Below, piece after piece: positions 9,897 to 19,011 of a DNA stretch of 64,000 bases (positions are counted from its first letter, which is position 1; every line of letters starts with the position of its first letter). The position numbers and the translations under genes were made by a program. The notes under the pieces were generated by a model that was not told the DNA's origin, made no database searches, and saw only the letters and a list, made by a program, of their open reading frames with translations. Source of the DNA: an uncultured Gammaproteobacteria bacterium (lineage in GTDB: Bacteria > Patescibacteriota > Microgenomatia > Levybacterales > UBA12049); contig CAZWXQ010000004.1 of the NCBI GenBank assembly GCA_964637955.1, positions 11,368 to 75,367 of the forward strand, written 5' to 3'.

Positions 9897-9936
9897 CCTC
9901 ATTCCCCTCTCCTTTCGGGAGAGGGCAGGGTGAGGG
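9897..9936 (-). repeat. CCCTCACC...CTCTCCC/GGAGAGG palindromic repeat, downstream flank of DUF559 gene
   Basis: CCCTCACCCTGCCCTCTCCCGAAAGGAGAGGGGAAT on minus. Confidence 0.8.
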
Positions 9937-10267
9937 CGTTATTAATCATTTCTAAAACAGCTTCTAAATCTTCAATAACTTCATTGTTCCAAAATCTTAA
10001 AATCTTGAAACCTTCTTTTTCCAACCATGCTACTCTTATCGCATCTCTTTTTATCCCAATCTCTGAATTATGCTGCCCTCCATCGAGTTCTATAATTAAT
10101 CTTTTTTCTAAAGAAACAAAATCAACTATATATCTACCAATAGGATGTTGTCTTCTGAATTTTACACCATTTAACCTTCTATTTCTCAATTGCTGCCAAA
10201 ACATATTCTCTACATCCGTTTGATTAATTCTCAAATATCTAGCAGCTAAAATTTTTCGCGCTTTCAT
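9899..10267 (-). CDS. DUF559 (Vsr-like, very short patch repair fold) endonuclease
   Basis: KFRRQHPIGRYIVDF, IIELDGGQH, ILRFWN; ATG 10267 preferred because TTG 10291 lies inside the repeat. Confidence 0.9.
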   Translation of the reverse strand: MKARKILAARYLRINQTDVENMFWQQLRNRRLNGVKFRRQHPIGRYIVDFVSLEKRLIIELDGGQHNSEIGIKRDAIRVAWLEKEGFKILRFWNNEVIEDLEAVLEMINNALTLPSPERRGE

Positions 10268-10271
10268 ATTA

Positions 10272-10302
10272 CCCTCACCAACCTCTCCCAAGGGAGAGGA
10301 AT
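10272..10302 (+). repeat. CCCTCACC...CTCTCCC/GGGAGAGG palindromic repeat, upstream flank of DUF559 gene
   Basis: CCCTCACCAACCTCTCCCAAGGGAGAGGAAT on plus; inverted relative to the 9897-9936 copy. Confidence 0.8.
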
Positions 10303-10319
10303 AAACGGAAAAAATTATT

Positions 10320-11366
10320 TTATGCCATCACATATTTCGCGCCTTTTGTGCTTCCTGATTTTTTCACTATTCCCTCTTTAATTAGACCCTTTAACTCATT
10401 AAGAATCGTGTCTTCTGAGACCATCGGAAATAATGACGCAAAACTCTTGTTTTGAAGATAACCTATTTTCTGAATATATTCAATTATCTTTATTTGGCGC
10501 TCAGTAAGCATGATGGGTTTGCCTCCAAGTTTTTCTTTCAGATGCGCATCAATCGAAATATTCTCAACTTTTTCTTTTATCTTAGTAAGCTCAATTGAGA
10601 GTCCTTTTGTGAAATATTCCAGCCAAACAGTCTGGTCTCCATTAAATCTTTGGACTGACTTTAAAGCGTCATAATAATCCAGAGAATCACTATCAAAATA
10701 TTCTTCAAGTGAAAAGAATTTGCGGATATCATAACCTTCCAGAAATAAAATCAAAGTAGATAAGGCGCGTGAAACTCTTCCGTTTCCATCAACAAATGGA
10801 TGAATGCGGACCAGTTCATAATGCACAATTCCTGCTTTTAGAACCGGATGAACATCATTATCTTCTAAGTTTACAAACTCCAGAAGTTCTTCAACTTCAA
10901 ATGGCACTGCAATTGATGGCGGAGGCTTAAAGCTTACCTCCCCTGTCAGACTGTTTTTAACTACCACTTGAGTCTCTCGATATTTTCCAATTTTTTCATC
11001 GGGTAATATTTTTTCAACTGTTAAGCTGTGGAGTTTTAAAATTAATTCTTCGTTAATTTCAAGTCCTTCATTTCCTGAAAGCTCTCCAATATAATCCATC
11101 ACTTTTCTATAATTTAATACCTCTTGAATATCTCGATCTCTTGCTAACACTTCATGTCCTTCCAGCACTCTTTCAGCTTGGGAAAAATTTAATTCATTTC
11201 CTTCTATGTGAGTTCCGTAGTGAACTGCTCGAATCAAAGCTTCTTTTCTAAATTCTTTTTCATAATATGGAAGAAGTGGAGCATGATCTATGACTTCACG
11301 AGCAGCTTCAATAATCCCTATACTTTTGAGGATTTTATTAGTGATATGAAAAACTGGACTATACAT
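10320..11366 (-). CDS. Fic family protein with C-terminal winged helix
   Basis: HPFVDGNGRVSR Fic motif. Confidence 0.92.
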   Translation of the reverse strand: MYSPVFHITNKILKSIGIIEAAREVIDHAPLLPYYEKEFRKEALIRAVHYGTHIEGNELNFSQAERVLEGHEVLARDRDIQEVLNYRKVMDYIGELSGNEGLEINEELILKLHSLTVEKILPDEKIGKYRETQVVVKNSLTGEVSFKPPPSIAVPFEVEELLEFVNLEDNDVHPVLKAGIVHYELVRIHPFVDGNGRVSRALSTLILFLEGYDIRKFFSLEEYFDSDSLDYYDALKSVQRFNGDQTVWLEYFTKGLSIELTKIKEKVENISIDAHLKEKLGGKPIMLTERQIKIIEYIQKIGYLQNKSFASLFPMVSEDTILNELKGLIKEGIVKKSGSTKGAKYVMA

Positions 11367-11372
11367 GAATAA

Positions 11373-11669
11373 TTATGCTACTTTAATTTTATAAGTATGT
11401 CTCGTTGCGTGAGTTGATCCAAAAGCTTTTTCAATTCTACCATTACCATTGGTCTCCGGCGCACTACCTGCATTTGCAGCTGCATCTGCCTCTAATCTAT
11501 CTCTTATTCTTTCTGTTGCATCTCTTACTACGGGAATACTACCTGCTAATCCTAAACCAAGCTCTTTCTGAGCTCTCAGGATACCGGCAACTTCCCTTCT
11601 TGCAGCTACATCTTCTATCTCTTGCCTTCTTAATATTTCCAATCTTCCAATAGGTCTTTCTTGTTCCAT
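11373..11669 (-). CDS. hypothetical protein
   Basis: 98-aa ORF with own promoter-like sequence. Confidence 0.6.
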   Translation of the reverse strand: MEQERPIGRLEILRRQEIEDVAARREVAGILRAQKELGLGLAGSIPVVRDATERIRDRLEADAAANAGSAPETNGNGRIEKAFGSTHATRHTYKIKVA

Positions 11670-11743
11670 AATTATCTGTTCGATATTACCTCATAATTCC
11701 CGATGAATGTCAATTGAAAATCCCCTTATGATATAATCGTTTC

Positions 11744-12031
11744 ATGGCTAAAAAAGAAAAATCAGTTGAAGAAAAACAAGAAGATAAGAAGTTTCATCTT
11801 GAGGTTATCAAACAAACTATTGCCCTTTCTACTGCAGGGTTTGCTTTGGCTGCAGCACTAGCTTGGAATTCACTTATTCAGGAATTTATAAATACTTATT
11901 TTAAGCGCTATATCCCAGGAGATGGAAAAATACTTTCAATGCTTATTTATGCGCTCCTTGTAACAATTCTTGCAGTTTCAGTAACTCTTTACCTATCAAA
12001 GCTTGCAAATAGAATAGAAAAATCTAAATAA
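11744..12031 (+). CDS. small membrane protein (DUF5654/MscL-like)
   Basis: AGFALAAALAWNSLIQ motif, two TM segments. Confidence 0.8.
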   Translation: MAKKEKSVEEKQEDKKFHLEVIKQTIALSTAGFALAAALAWNSLIQEFINTYFKRYIPGDGKILSMLIYALLVTILAVSVTLYLSKLANRIEKSK

Positions 12032-12884
12032 ATTCCTTCATTACTTTTGGAATTTCTTCTATCAGATCGCTCGCATTAAAATATATTCCCACAGCTTCTT
12101 CTAAGCTTTCTCCTGCCTTTTTATTTATAAAAGAAGCACAAGCTGCAGAAATAAAAGCATCATTCTTTGCATAAAAAGCAGCAGTAAGTCCTGCTAAAAC
12201 ATCACCGGTTCCGCCTTTTGTAAGTCCTGCATTCCCACCCGTAATAATCATTGATTGATCAGAATTTGCCACAACATCAATTGGTCCTTTAAGGAGTATC
12301 GTAATTCCATATTTCTTAGCCATTTCAGAAACCTTATTTTGAATTTCTGAATTTAGCTCATTTGGATTTGATTGGAAATTGGAAATTGGAAATTGGAAAT
12401 TAAAGAGTTTGGAAAACTCTTTCACATTTGGAGTAATTATTGAAGTTCTTGGCAGAATTTCGGGACTAATTACCTGAAGACTTCCCCCATCTACTACCCA
12501 TTTTTTATCTGGATATCGTGATAACAAGTCTTCAGTTAATGATTTCGTGTCATCATCTCCTTTTTCCTCTCCATCAGGACGAGGAAGTCCTGGACCTATC
12601 AAAACAGAATCCGCATCTCCAATATAATCCTCTACTCTTCCCCTAGGAACTATAATCCCATTTATAAATTTCTCTTTAAGATTTTTTAAGATCTCATTGT
12701 TCATAGGAGTTGAAGAAAAATAAACCATATCGACAATCTTTGAAGTTATTTCAAAAGCCCAAAAAGCCGGAGAGTGAAATAAATCAGATCCGCCAATTAT
12801 CAGAACCTTTCCATTTTCACCTTTTCGAGAATCCGAAGCGGGAACATAAAGCTGTTTTAATAAATTCGCATCAAATTCTTCCAT
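12024..12884 (-). CDS. nnrD: NAD(P)HX dehydratase (YjeF C-terminal carbohydrate kinase family)
   Basis: KGENGKVLIIGGS, IGPGL, ITPN, GGTGDVLAG. Confidence 0.88.
   Translation of the reverse strand: MEEFDANLLKQLYVPASDSRKGENGKVLIIGGSDLFHSPAFWAFEITSKIVDMVYFSSTPMNNEILKNLKEKFINGIIVPRGRVEDYIGDADSVLIGPGLPRPDGEEKGDDDTKSLTEDLLSRYPDKKWVVDGGSLQVISPEILPRTSIITPNVKEFSKLFNFQFPISNFQSNPNELNSEIQNKVSEMAKKYGITILLKGPIDVVANSDQSMIITGGNAGLTKGGTGDVLAGLTAAFYAKNDAFISAACASFINKKAGESLEEAVGIYFNASDLIEEIPKVMKEFI
12371..12398. repeat. heptamer tandem repeat ATTGGAA x4 inside nnrD
   Basis: Four perfect copies; part of the FNFQFPISNFQSNPN segment. Confidence 0.9.
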
Positions 12885-12888
12885 ATTT

Positions 12889-12915
12889 TGTCATGCTGAA
12901 TTTATTTCAGCATCT
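12889..12915 (+). repeat. TGTCA-tagged 27-bp REP-like hairpin
   Basis: TGTCATGCTGAA-TTTAT-TTCAGCATCT. Confidence 0.85.
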
Positions 12916-12920
12916 CTAAA

Positions 12921-13628
12921 TCATAAAGTCTTCAAAAACCATTCAATTATTTTATCCTGAAGCTGTTTTTTTACTACTGGATTACCACTAATATGATGGC
13001 TAGAATCTTTTAATATAAATTCTTCTTTTAAAGAGGCACTATTTGCTACCTCTAAATATTTTTCAGCCATGCCCGGAACTATTACCTCATCATTTTCAGC
13101 TTTAATCATCAAGAGTTTTCCTTTAAATTCTTTTATTCTCTCGTAGGATAAGCTACCTTCAAAACCTTCAGTTTTAAGGATTTCGCTTATAAAAGTCCCT
13201 TGCTTAAGACTCATCGATGAAGGTGGAAAAGAAGCTGGAACACTTAAAATCATTGATTTGAAATTATAATCTAATGAAATCAAAGCTGCTAAAAATCCTC
13301 CATAACTTGATCCACAAATCCCAAGCCTATTCCTGTCTATATTATTTTGTGATAAAAACAACTTAAGTGATTCTCTTGCATCGTCTTCCCCTTCTCCAAT
13401 TGTAAGTTCTCCAAATTTTCCGTCGCTAATTCCACATCCTCTAAAATTAAATGCAAAAGCTAGAATCCCATTTTCTGAAAGTAGTTTAGCTAATTCAAAA
13501 TATGTTTCACCTTTTGATCCACTTCCATGGAAGAAAATAACAGAAGGAAATGGGCCATCTCCTTCCGGAGTAAATAAACTTCCTCTAAGAACGTCCTCCC
13601 CAACTTTAAATTCAACTTTTTTTTCCAT
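12921..13628 (-). CDS. alpha/beta hydrolase
   Basis: FHGSGS, GSSYGG nucleophile elbow, later Asp and His. Confidence 0.88.
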   Translation of the reverse strand: MEKKVEFKVGEDVLRGSLFTPEGDGPFPSVIFFHGSGSKGETYFELAKLLSENGILAFAFNFRGCGISDGKFGELTIGEGEDDARESLKLFLSQNNIDRNRLGICGSSYGGFLAALISLDYNFKSMILSVPASFPPSSMSLKQGTFISEILKTEGFEGSLSYERIKEFKGKLLMIKAENDEVIVPGMAEKYLEVANSASLKEEFILKDSSHHISGNPVVKKQLQDKIIEWFLKTL

Positions 13629-13651
13629 ATTGAATAGTCAATTATAAATCA

Positions 13652-14707
13652 TCATTGGTCAATTGTTAGTTCTATTATCTCCATTTTACCTTTTATTCTC
13701 GCAGGAATAAATTCTTCATGTGTAGTTGTAATAATTGTCTGCTGATCATCGCGAATTTCTAGAATAAGATTTATATGTCCTTCGTCTAACTCAGAAAAAA
13801 CATCATCAAGTAAAAGAAGAGGTTCTATTTCCATTTTTTCTTTTATATATTTGAGCTCTAATAATTTAAGCTGCAAAACTCCAAGTCTTTGTTGACCTCG
13901 AGAACCGTATGACTTTAGATCAAGAAGCTGCCCTACTCCATAATCAAAAAGGATCTTAAAATCATCTCTGTGAGGTCCGACCAGAGTAACACCAGTGGCA
14001 CTTTCTGCATCTCTGTACTGCTCAAGTCTTTCGAGCGAAATTATACTTTTATCGTACTCAATTTTAAAATCCAGAATATCTTTTTTAGATTCATTTAGGT
14101 AACTCACAAACTCTTCTCTTTTTCGGGTTAAAACCGATCCGTTTCGAATTACCAAACTGTCCCAATATTCAAATTCAGCCTCTTTTCTAGGTAATCCGTC
14201 TTTAACAAGATCTAGAAGCGCATTTCTCTGCTTTATCGCCTTGCTATAACCCAGAAGCGCAATTCTATAATCTCGATCTGTCTGCTCGAGAACATTATCC
14301 AAAAAATCTCGTCTAATTCCTGGACTACCAATCACTATTTCAAGGTCTTTTGGAGAAAATAATACACTTGGCAAATTTCCTACGAAGTCTGCTCGCCTTT
14401 TCGCTACTCCATTCACGAAATACCTTTTATACTGGGTTCTAACACCAGCTACCTCACCTACCGTAACAACTACTTCTAAATCAATGTCATCAATTTTTCC
14501 CTTAATTCTACCCATCTCGTTCCCAAGCTTTACCATCTGTGCATCTTTATCAGCCCTAAAACTTTTTCCAGTAGACAAAAGAAAAATGGATTCAATGAGG
14601 TTGGATTTTCCAGCGGTATTTGGCCCAATTATGATTAATGATTTATCAAATTTAAAAGTAGAGCTTTTATAACTTCGAAAATTTTGAAGAGATACACCTT
14701 TTAACAT
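13652..14707 (-). CDS. recF: DNA replication/repair protein RecF
   Basis: NFRSY, GPNTAGKSN, GPHRDD, GSRGQQR, LLLDDVFSELD. Confidence 0.96.
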   Translation of the reverse strand: MLKGVSLQNFRSYKSSTFKFDKSLIIIGPNTAGKSNLIESIFLLSTGKSFRADKDAQMVKLGNEMGRIKGKIDDIDLEVVVTVGEVAGVRTQYKRYFVNGVAKRRADFVGNLPSVLFSPKDLEIVIGSPGIRRDFLDNVLEQTDRDYRIALLGYSKAIKQRNALLDLVKDGLPRKEAEFEYWDSLVIRNGSVLTRKREEFVSYLNESKKDILDFKIEYDKSIISLERLEQYRDAESATGVTLVGPHRDDFKILFDYGVGQLLDLKSYGSRGQQRLGVLQLKLLELKYIKEKMEIEPLLLLDDVFSELDEGHINLILEIRDDQQTIITTTHEEFIPARIKGKMEIIELTIDQ

Positions 14708-14715
14708 TGTTCATA

Positions 14716-14791
14716 AACTATTTACAATTGACAATTTTCGCAAGAGCAAACAGAGATCAAATTGTAATTGGTAAATGATAAATAGTAAATA
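14716..14791. repeat. bipartite inverted heptamer-repeat element
   Basis: Minus: ATTTACT ATTTATC ATTTACC AATTACA ... AATTGTC AATTGTA AATAGT. Confidence 0.65.
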
Positions 14792-14797
14792 TCGGGG

Positions 14798-15502
14798 TTA
14801 TCCAATCGTAGTTCCTAAAAATTCTTCTCCCTTTAGGAATTTATGAAGATTTTCAAAGTCGCCGCCCTTCATAACTGTTACTCTTATGCCAAGCTCTTGA
14901 GCTTTCTTTGAAGCTATTGGATCAAATGGTGCGTTCATACCTGGAACCCATTCGTCCCCAACCATAGCTCTAAGCTCTTCCCAAGATATTTTATCAAGCG
15001 GCACAGCATCTTCAAATTTCTTTGGATCTTTATCGTAAACTCTTTCAATATTTGATAAGTTAACTAGCTCCTTAACTCCATAATCTTCACAAATCATCGT
15101 AGCACAAAAATCCGTTGACCATCCCGGTTTCCATCCTGAACAAATAACTAATGGTTCTTCAACTTTTTTAATTACTTCATAATGCTCTATGATCACTGGA
15201 TGAGCAATATCTCTGAAAATAGTTCTGACTAAATGTGCGTTAAGTCGAGTTGCATGAATTCCAAGCCAATCCAAATCTTCATCAGCTAACGTACCTATGA
15301 CTGCTTTTCCTCCATCAATATATTGGCGGGCTGTTGCTCCTCCTCCAGTTATTAGGAAAAATTGACGATTTGGGTTTTCGGAAAGTCTGTCTCTTATAAA
15401 TAAGTTTAATTTTGAAAGAAAGTCTGTATCAATTCCACTATTTGGAACGATTAATGAGCCTCCGAGGGAAATTACAACCTTTTCTGTATAAGTTGAACCC
15501 AT
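14798..15502 (-). CDS. pyrH: UMP kinase, archaeal type
   Basis: ISLGGS, GIHATRLNA, GWKPGWSTD, PFDPIAS; ATG 15502 preferred. Confidence 0.92.
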   Translation of the reverse strand: MGSTYTEKVVISLGGSLIVPNSGIDTDFLSKLNLFIRDRLSENPNRQFFLITGGGATARQYIDGGKAVIGTLADEDLDWLGIHATRLNAHLVRTIFRDIAHPVIIEHYEVIKKVEEPLVICSGWKPGWSTDFCATMICEDYGVKELVNLSNIERVYDKDPKKFEDAVPLDKISWEELRAMVGDEWVPGMNAPFDPIASKKAQELGIRVTVMKGGDFENLHKFLKGEEFLGTTIG

Positions 15503-15661
15503 AATATTTTGCCAAAAAAAACTAGCCGGTTTCTTCAAGTATTGCTGACCAAAACTTGGATCGTGCTAGAAGTTAATTCTATTCCTTTCCCCTAAAAACG
15601 TCAATAAGAAAGATTAATAGCTTGAAAATGTAAAAAACTTTGCTAAAATCTTTAATGATTT

Positions 15662-15958
15662 ATGGGCTCAAGAAACAATTCTCAACGCGGAAAGTCATAT
15701 TCCGGAAGACAAAGAGAGATAAGAAAAGATATGAGACAAAAAGGAACAAATCGTGAAATAAGTCTCGACAGACCGGCTTCCTTTCCTGATATTCCAGAAC
15801 AAACTATTGACCTTCATCCAGAAACGCACACTGTTTTTTCAACTGAAGGACAAATTCTATCAATTATTCCGGAATTAACTGAAGGACCTCAAGCTAATGA
15901 TCCTACGACACGAGAAGTACTACCTATTTCACAATTACGACCTCAGGAGAGAAGGTAA
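15662..15958 (+). CDS. hypothetical protein
   Basis: 98-aa ORF with TTGAAA..TAAAAT upstream. Confidence 0.55.
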   Translation: MGSRNNSQRGKSYSGRQREIRKDMRQKGTNREISLDRPASFPDIPEQTIDLHPETHTVFSTEGQILSIIPELTEGPQANDPTTREVLPISQLRPQERR

Positions 15959-16075
15959 CTTCCAATCTAAATTTAAGGATTAGAAAATTATTCTTTGTTC
16001 AGATTCAGAACTGGGTTGACACACCTCCCTGCCCGCTAAACCTATCTCGCTTTGTTTTTTTTTGGGGGGGGTTGA

Positions 16076-16918
16076 CTAGATTTGGCAGGCGGGGCAAAAG
16101 AAAGTGCCACGACCAGCTAGAAATATCTTCTTAATTTCATTACCACAAACCGGACAAGGCTTTCCCTTTTTGCCATAAACTAGAGCATGCATCTGATACT
16201 CCCCTTCCTGACCGAGAGCGTTTACAAAATTAAGCTCACTTGCACCACCATACTTCAGACTTTTTTCCATAACACTTAAAACTGATTTATAAAGTAGCTT
16301 TATTTCCGCAGAAGTCAGAGTATTCGCCCGGCGTCTAGGATCAATTTTAGCCAAGAAAAGCGCGTCATTTGCATAAATATTTCCAATACCCCCAATTCTA
16401 GTTTGGTCCATAATAAGTGGCTTTATAACAATTTTTGAATTACTAATAATCTTTTCAAACTTTTCCTCCGTCAAATCCTTAAAAGGCTCAGGCCCCATGT
16501 TTTTGAAAAATGGCATTTCACCGACTTCATCAGTTGGAACAATCCGAATCCATGCAAATTTCCGAAGATCGTTAAAATATAAAATAGCATCTCGATCTAA
16601 ATGAAAAATAATTCTAGTAGCATTGTTTGGAAGTGTTTTTACTTTATGAGGACTAACTGTAATTTTCGTTGTTTCAGGACCTCTGTAAATCATTTGCCCC
16701 GTGAGTTTTATGTGAATAGCGAGAGACTTTTTATTATCAAGATCAATAACCAATCCCTTACCAAAACGCCTGATCTCAATAACTCTTGCTCCAATAATCT
16801 GCTCGGGATCCCCTTCCAAAATTCCTTTAGACAATTCTTCAACCCGAACAAATTTATGCCCTTTAAGATATTTTTGGAGTCCTAATTTAATTGTTTCTAC
16901 TTCTGGAAGCTCAGGCAT
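16076..16918 (-). CDS. mutM: formamidopyrimidine-DNA glycosylase
   Basis: MPELPEVE, GIGNIYA, C-terminal zinc finger. Confidence 0.97.
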   Translation of the reverse strand: MPELPEVETIKLGLQKYLKGHKFVRVEELSKGILEGDPEQIIGARVIEIRRFGKGLVIDLDNKKSLAIHIKLTGQMIYRGPETTKITVSPHKVKTLPNNATRIIFHLDRDAILYFNDLRKFAWIRIVPTDEVGEMPFFKNMGPEPFKDLTEEKFEKIISNSKIVIKPLIMDQTRIGGIGNIYANDALFLAKIDPRRRANTLTSAEIKLLYKSVLSVMEKSLKYGGASELNFVNALGQEGEYQMHALVYGKKGKPCPVCGNEIKKIFLAGRGTFFCPACQI

Positions 16919-16940
16919 ATGATGTGGAGATTATATCAAA

Positions 16941-17228
16941 TTAACTTCTGTCAAATTCAAAATCCGGCTTCATTTCATCAATTCTTTCTCTTTCTGATTT
17001 CTGCACAGCGTCAAGGCTTTCCTTTGGTGCAAGATCCCTAAATCCAGTCGCCATAAGAGTTGCTTCAACCAGTGTTCCAACTCTAGTAAAATCATCAGAT
17101 TTATAAGCGACTTCTTCCAATATGTAATCTGCAACTTCAAATACTAGGCCATTTACATCCTCATCTGGAGTTTCGTTTGGAATAACTATCCCTAGCCAAC
17201 CTAACCTTTGTTGATTTTCTGCACTCAT
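16941..17228 (-). CDS. hypothetical protein
   Basis: 95 aa, ATGA overlap with NUDIX gene. Confidence 0.65.
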   Translation of the reverse strand: MSAENQQRLGWLGIVIPNETPDEDVNGLVFEVADYILEEVAYKSDDFTRVGTLVEATLMATGFRDLAPKESLDAVQKSERERIDEMKPDFEFDRS

Positions 17229-17629
17229 AAATACCCCAAATCCTTAAATAATTTTATCGAGGGCCTAGCAAGCTTAGCATCTCTCAATTCGGATCTCTCA
17301 ATCCATTTAATTTCAGGGAATTCATCAGATATTTTTTCTTCTCCTACTACTTCTACTCTAAACATATTAAAAATATAGTGAGTCATTTCTCCTTTTTTAT
17401 CTGGCTCATCATCTTCATAAATTCCAATGTTTTTAATTTCCAAGACTTCCAATCCCACCTCCTCCATTACCTCTCTTTTAACAGCATCAACTGGCGACTC
17501 TCCCTCTTCAATACCTCCACCAGGAAGTCTCCAAGTATCAGGATAGGGACCAACTCCGTAGGCTTTATTCCCCATCAAAATTTTTCCGTCTTTTTCTATA
17601 ACTGCCACCGAACAATTCCTAGTTTTCAT
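17225..17629 (-). CDS. NUDIX hydrolase
   Basis: PGGGIEEGESPVDAVKREVMEEVG Nudix box. Confidence 0.93.
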   Translation of the reverse strand: MKTRNCSVAVIEKDGKILMGNKAYGVGPYPDTWRLPGGGIEEGESPVDAVKREVMEEVGLEVLEIKNIGIYEDDEPDKKGEMTHYIFNMFRVEVVGEEKISDEFPEIKWIERSELRDAKLARPSIKLFKDLGYL

Positions 17630-17642
17630 ATTTATCCATTTC

Positions 17643-17728
17643 TGTCATTCCGAATTGCGTCTCTTCTGAGAAGCAAGTACCCTTGAGGTATTTCGGAATC
17701 TAGATCCTGAAATGGATTCAGGATGACA
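17643..17728. repeat. inverted pair of TGTCA-tagged REP-like hairpins (59-bp extended copy plus 27-bp copy)
   Basis: TGTCATTCCGAA...TTCGGAATCT (17643-17701) then AGATCCTGAA...TTCAGGATGACA (17702-17728). Confidence 0.85.
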
Positions 17729-17738
17729 CCCTAAACAT

Positions 17739-18905
17739 TCAGCGAACTTTTGACTCTACAAACTTTTTAATTTCTTTTTCAAATCTTTCGCGGCTAAACT
17801 TCTGTGCATATTTAGCGATTTCCTCAGAATCAAATTTAGTTTTTTCAAACTTTTTAATTGCTGCATTCAAATTTTCTACATTAAATTCATCGAAAAATAT
17901 ACCTGTTTTACCTTCAATTACAGTCTCTTTTGGTCCTCCGGAATTGTGAGCAATTACTGGCGTTCCTGCCATCATAGCCTCCACTGGAACTATTCCGAAA
18001 TCCTCATCTTTTGAGGCAAATATAAATCCTTTTGCGCCAGCCATAAGCCTATTTTTCTCTTCATCACTTACTTCTCCTAAAAATTCTATATTTTGTTTTT
18101 GGGATTTGGAATTTATGATTTTATTTTTTATTTCCTCTTCAAATCCAGCAAATCCTTTTCCAAAAACTTTTAAAGGCAATCCATTTTTTATAAATGCATC
18201 GATGATAAGATCAGTGTGTTTTGCGCGAGCAATACGTCCTCCTGCTAGATAGTAGGTTTTAGGTTGTAGGGCGTAGTTTTTATCACCACCTACTCCCAAC
18301 CCCCTACTCCCCATATCAACTGGCGGATAAATCACCACTGCATTTTTGCGATAAAACTTTTCAATTCTTCTTTTCGTTTCCTGCGAATTTGCGATGAAAA
18401 AATCTACATTCTGAGAAGACTTAAAATCTATCATTCTTAAGAAATGAATCGTCCACATACCAATAAACTTTGAAACGGCATTTTTTTGCCAATCCCGAGC
18501 GGTTTCATATCCATAAAGATATCGAGGAGGCGTATGCATATAACAAATATGAACAGCTTTTTGCATTTTTCCTTTTTTCTCAGACTTAGTTTGAATAGTG
18601 TTTGGACTATATGCGCCTGTGGCAGAAACTATTACGACATCATATGTAGATAAATCTAAAGATTTAAATAATTCTGGAGCTACGATTCTTATTGGACTAA
18701 TAAGCTTAGAATTAAATGGAATTACATCTGCCCATGAAGTTTTTATTTTCCAGCTTTTAAACCGCTCGCGATGAGGACCTAGATATTTTGGAAGATAAAC
18801 TGAGGTGTATACCGGAGCATCAGGAAACACCTCGTGTAGAGCCTCTAGAACTCTCTCAGCGCCCCCGTATTCTTTAATGTAGTCGTGTACTATTGCTACC
18901 TTCAT
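17739..18905 (-). CDS. glycosyltransferase family 4
   Basis: GGAERVL, EDFGIVPVEAMMAG motif. Confidence 0.93.
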   Translation of the reverse strand: MKVAIVHDYIKEYGGAERVLEALHEVFPDAPVYTSVYLPKYLGPHRERFKSWKIKTSWADVIPFNSKLISPIRIVAPELFKSLDLSTYDVVIVSATGAYSPNTIQTKSEKKGKMQKAVHICYMHTPPRYLYGYETARDWQKNAVSKFIGMWTIHFLRMIDFKSSQNVDFFIANSQETKRRIEKFYRKNAVVIYPPVDMGSRGLGVGGDKNYALQPKTYYLAGGRIARAKHTDLIIDAFIKNGLPLKVFGKGFAGFEEEIKNKIINSKSQKQNIEFLGEVSDEEKNRLMAGAKGFIFASKDEDFGIVPVEAMMAGTPVIAHNSGGPKETVIEGKTGIFFDEFNVENLNAAIKKFEKTKFDSEEIAKYAQKFSRERFEKEIKKFVESKVR

Positions 18906-18911
18906 AAACTT

Positions 18912-19011
18912 AATTTTAAATTTGAAATTTTAAATTTGAAATAAAACATAAATGTTTTAATATTTAAATTTTTAAAAATTGATTGAAAATTGTAAATTGT
19001 AAATTGAAAAT
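18912..19011. repeat. intergenic heptamer-repeat element
   Basis: AATTTTA/AATTTGA/AATTGTA units. Confidence 0.7.

Noticed and set aside
16005-16080. IS200/IS605 end or HEARO/omega RNA suggested by GTCAAC words
   Set aside because: The words are direct, not inverted, repeats, and no IscB, TnpB or TnpA gene is nearby
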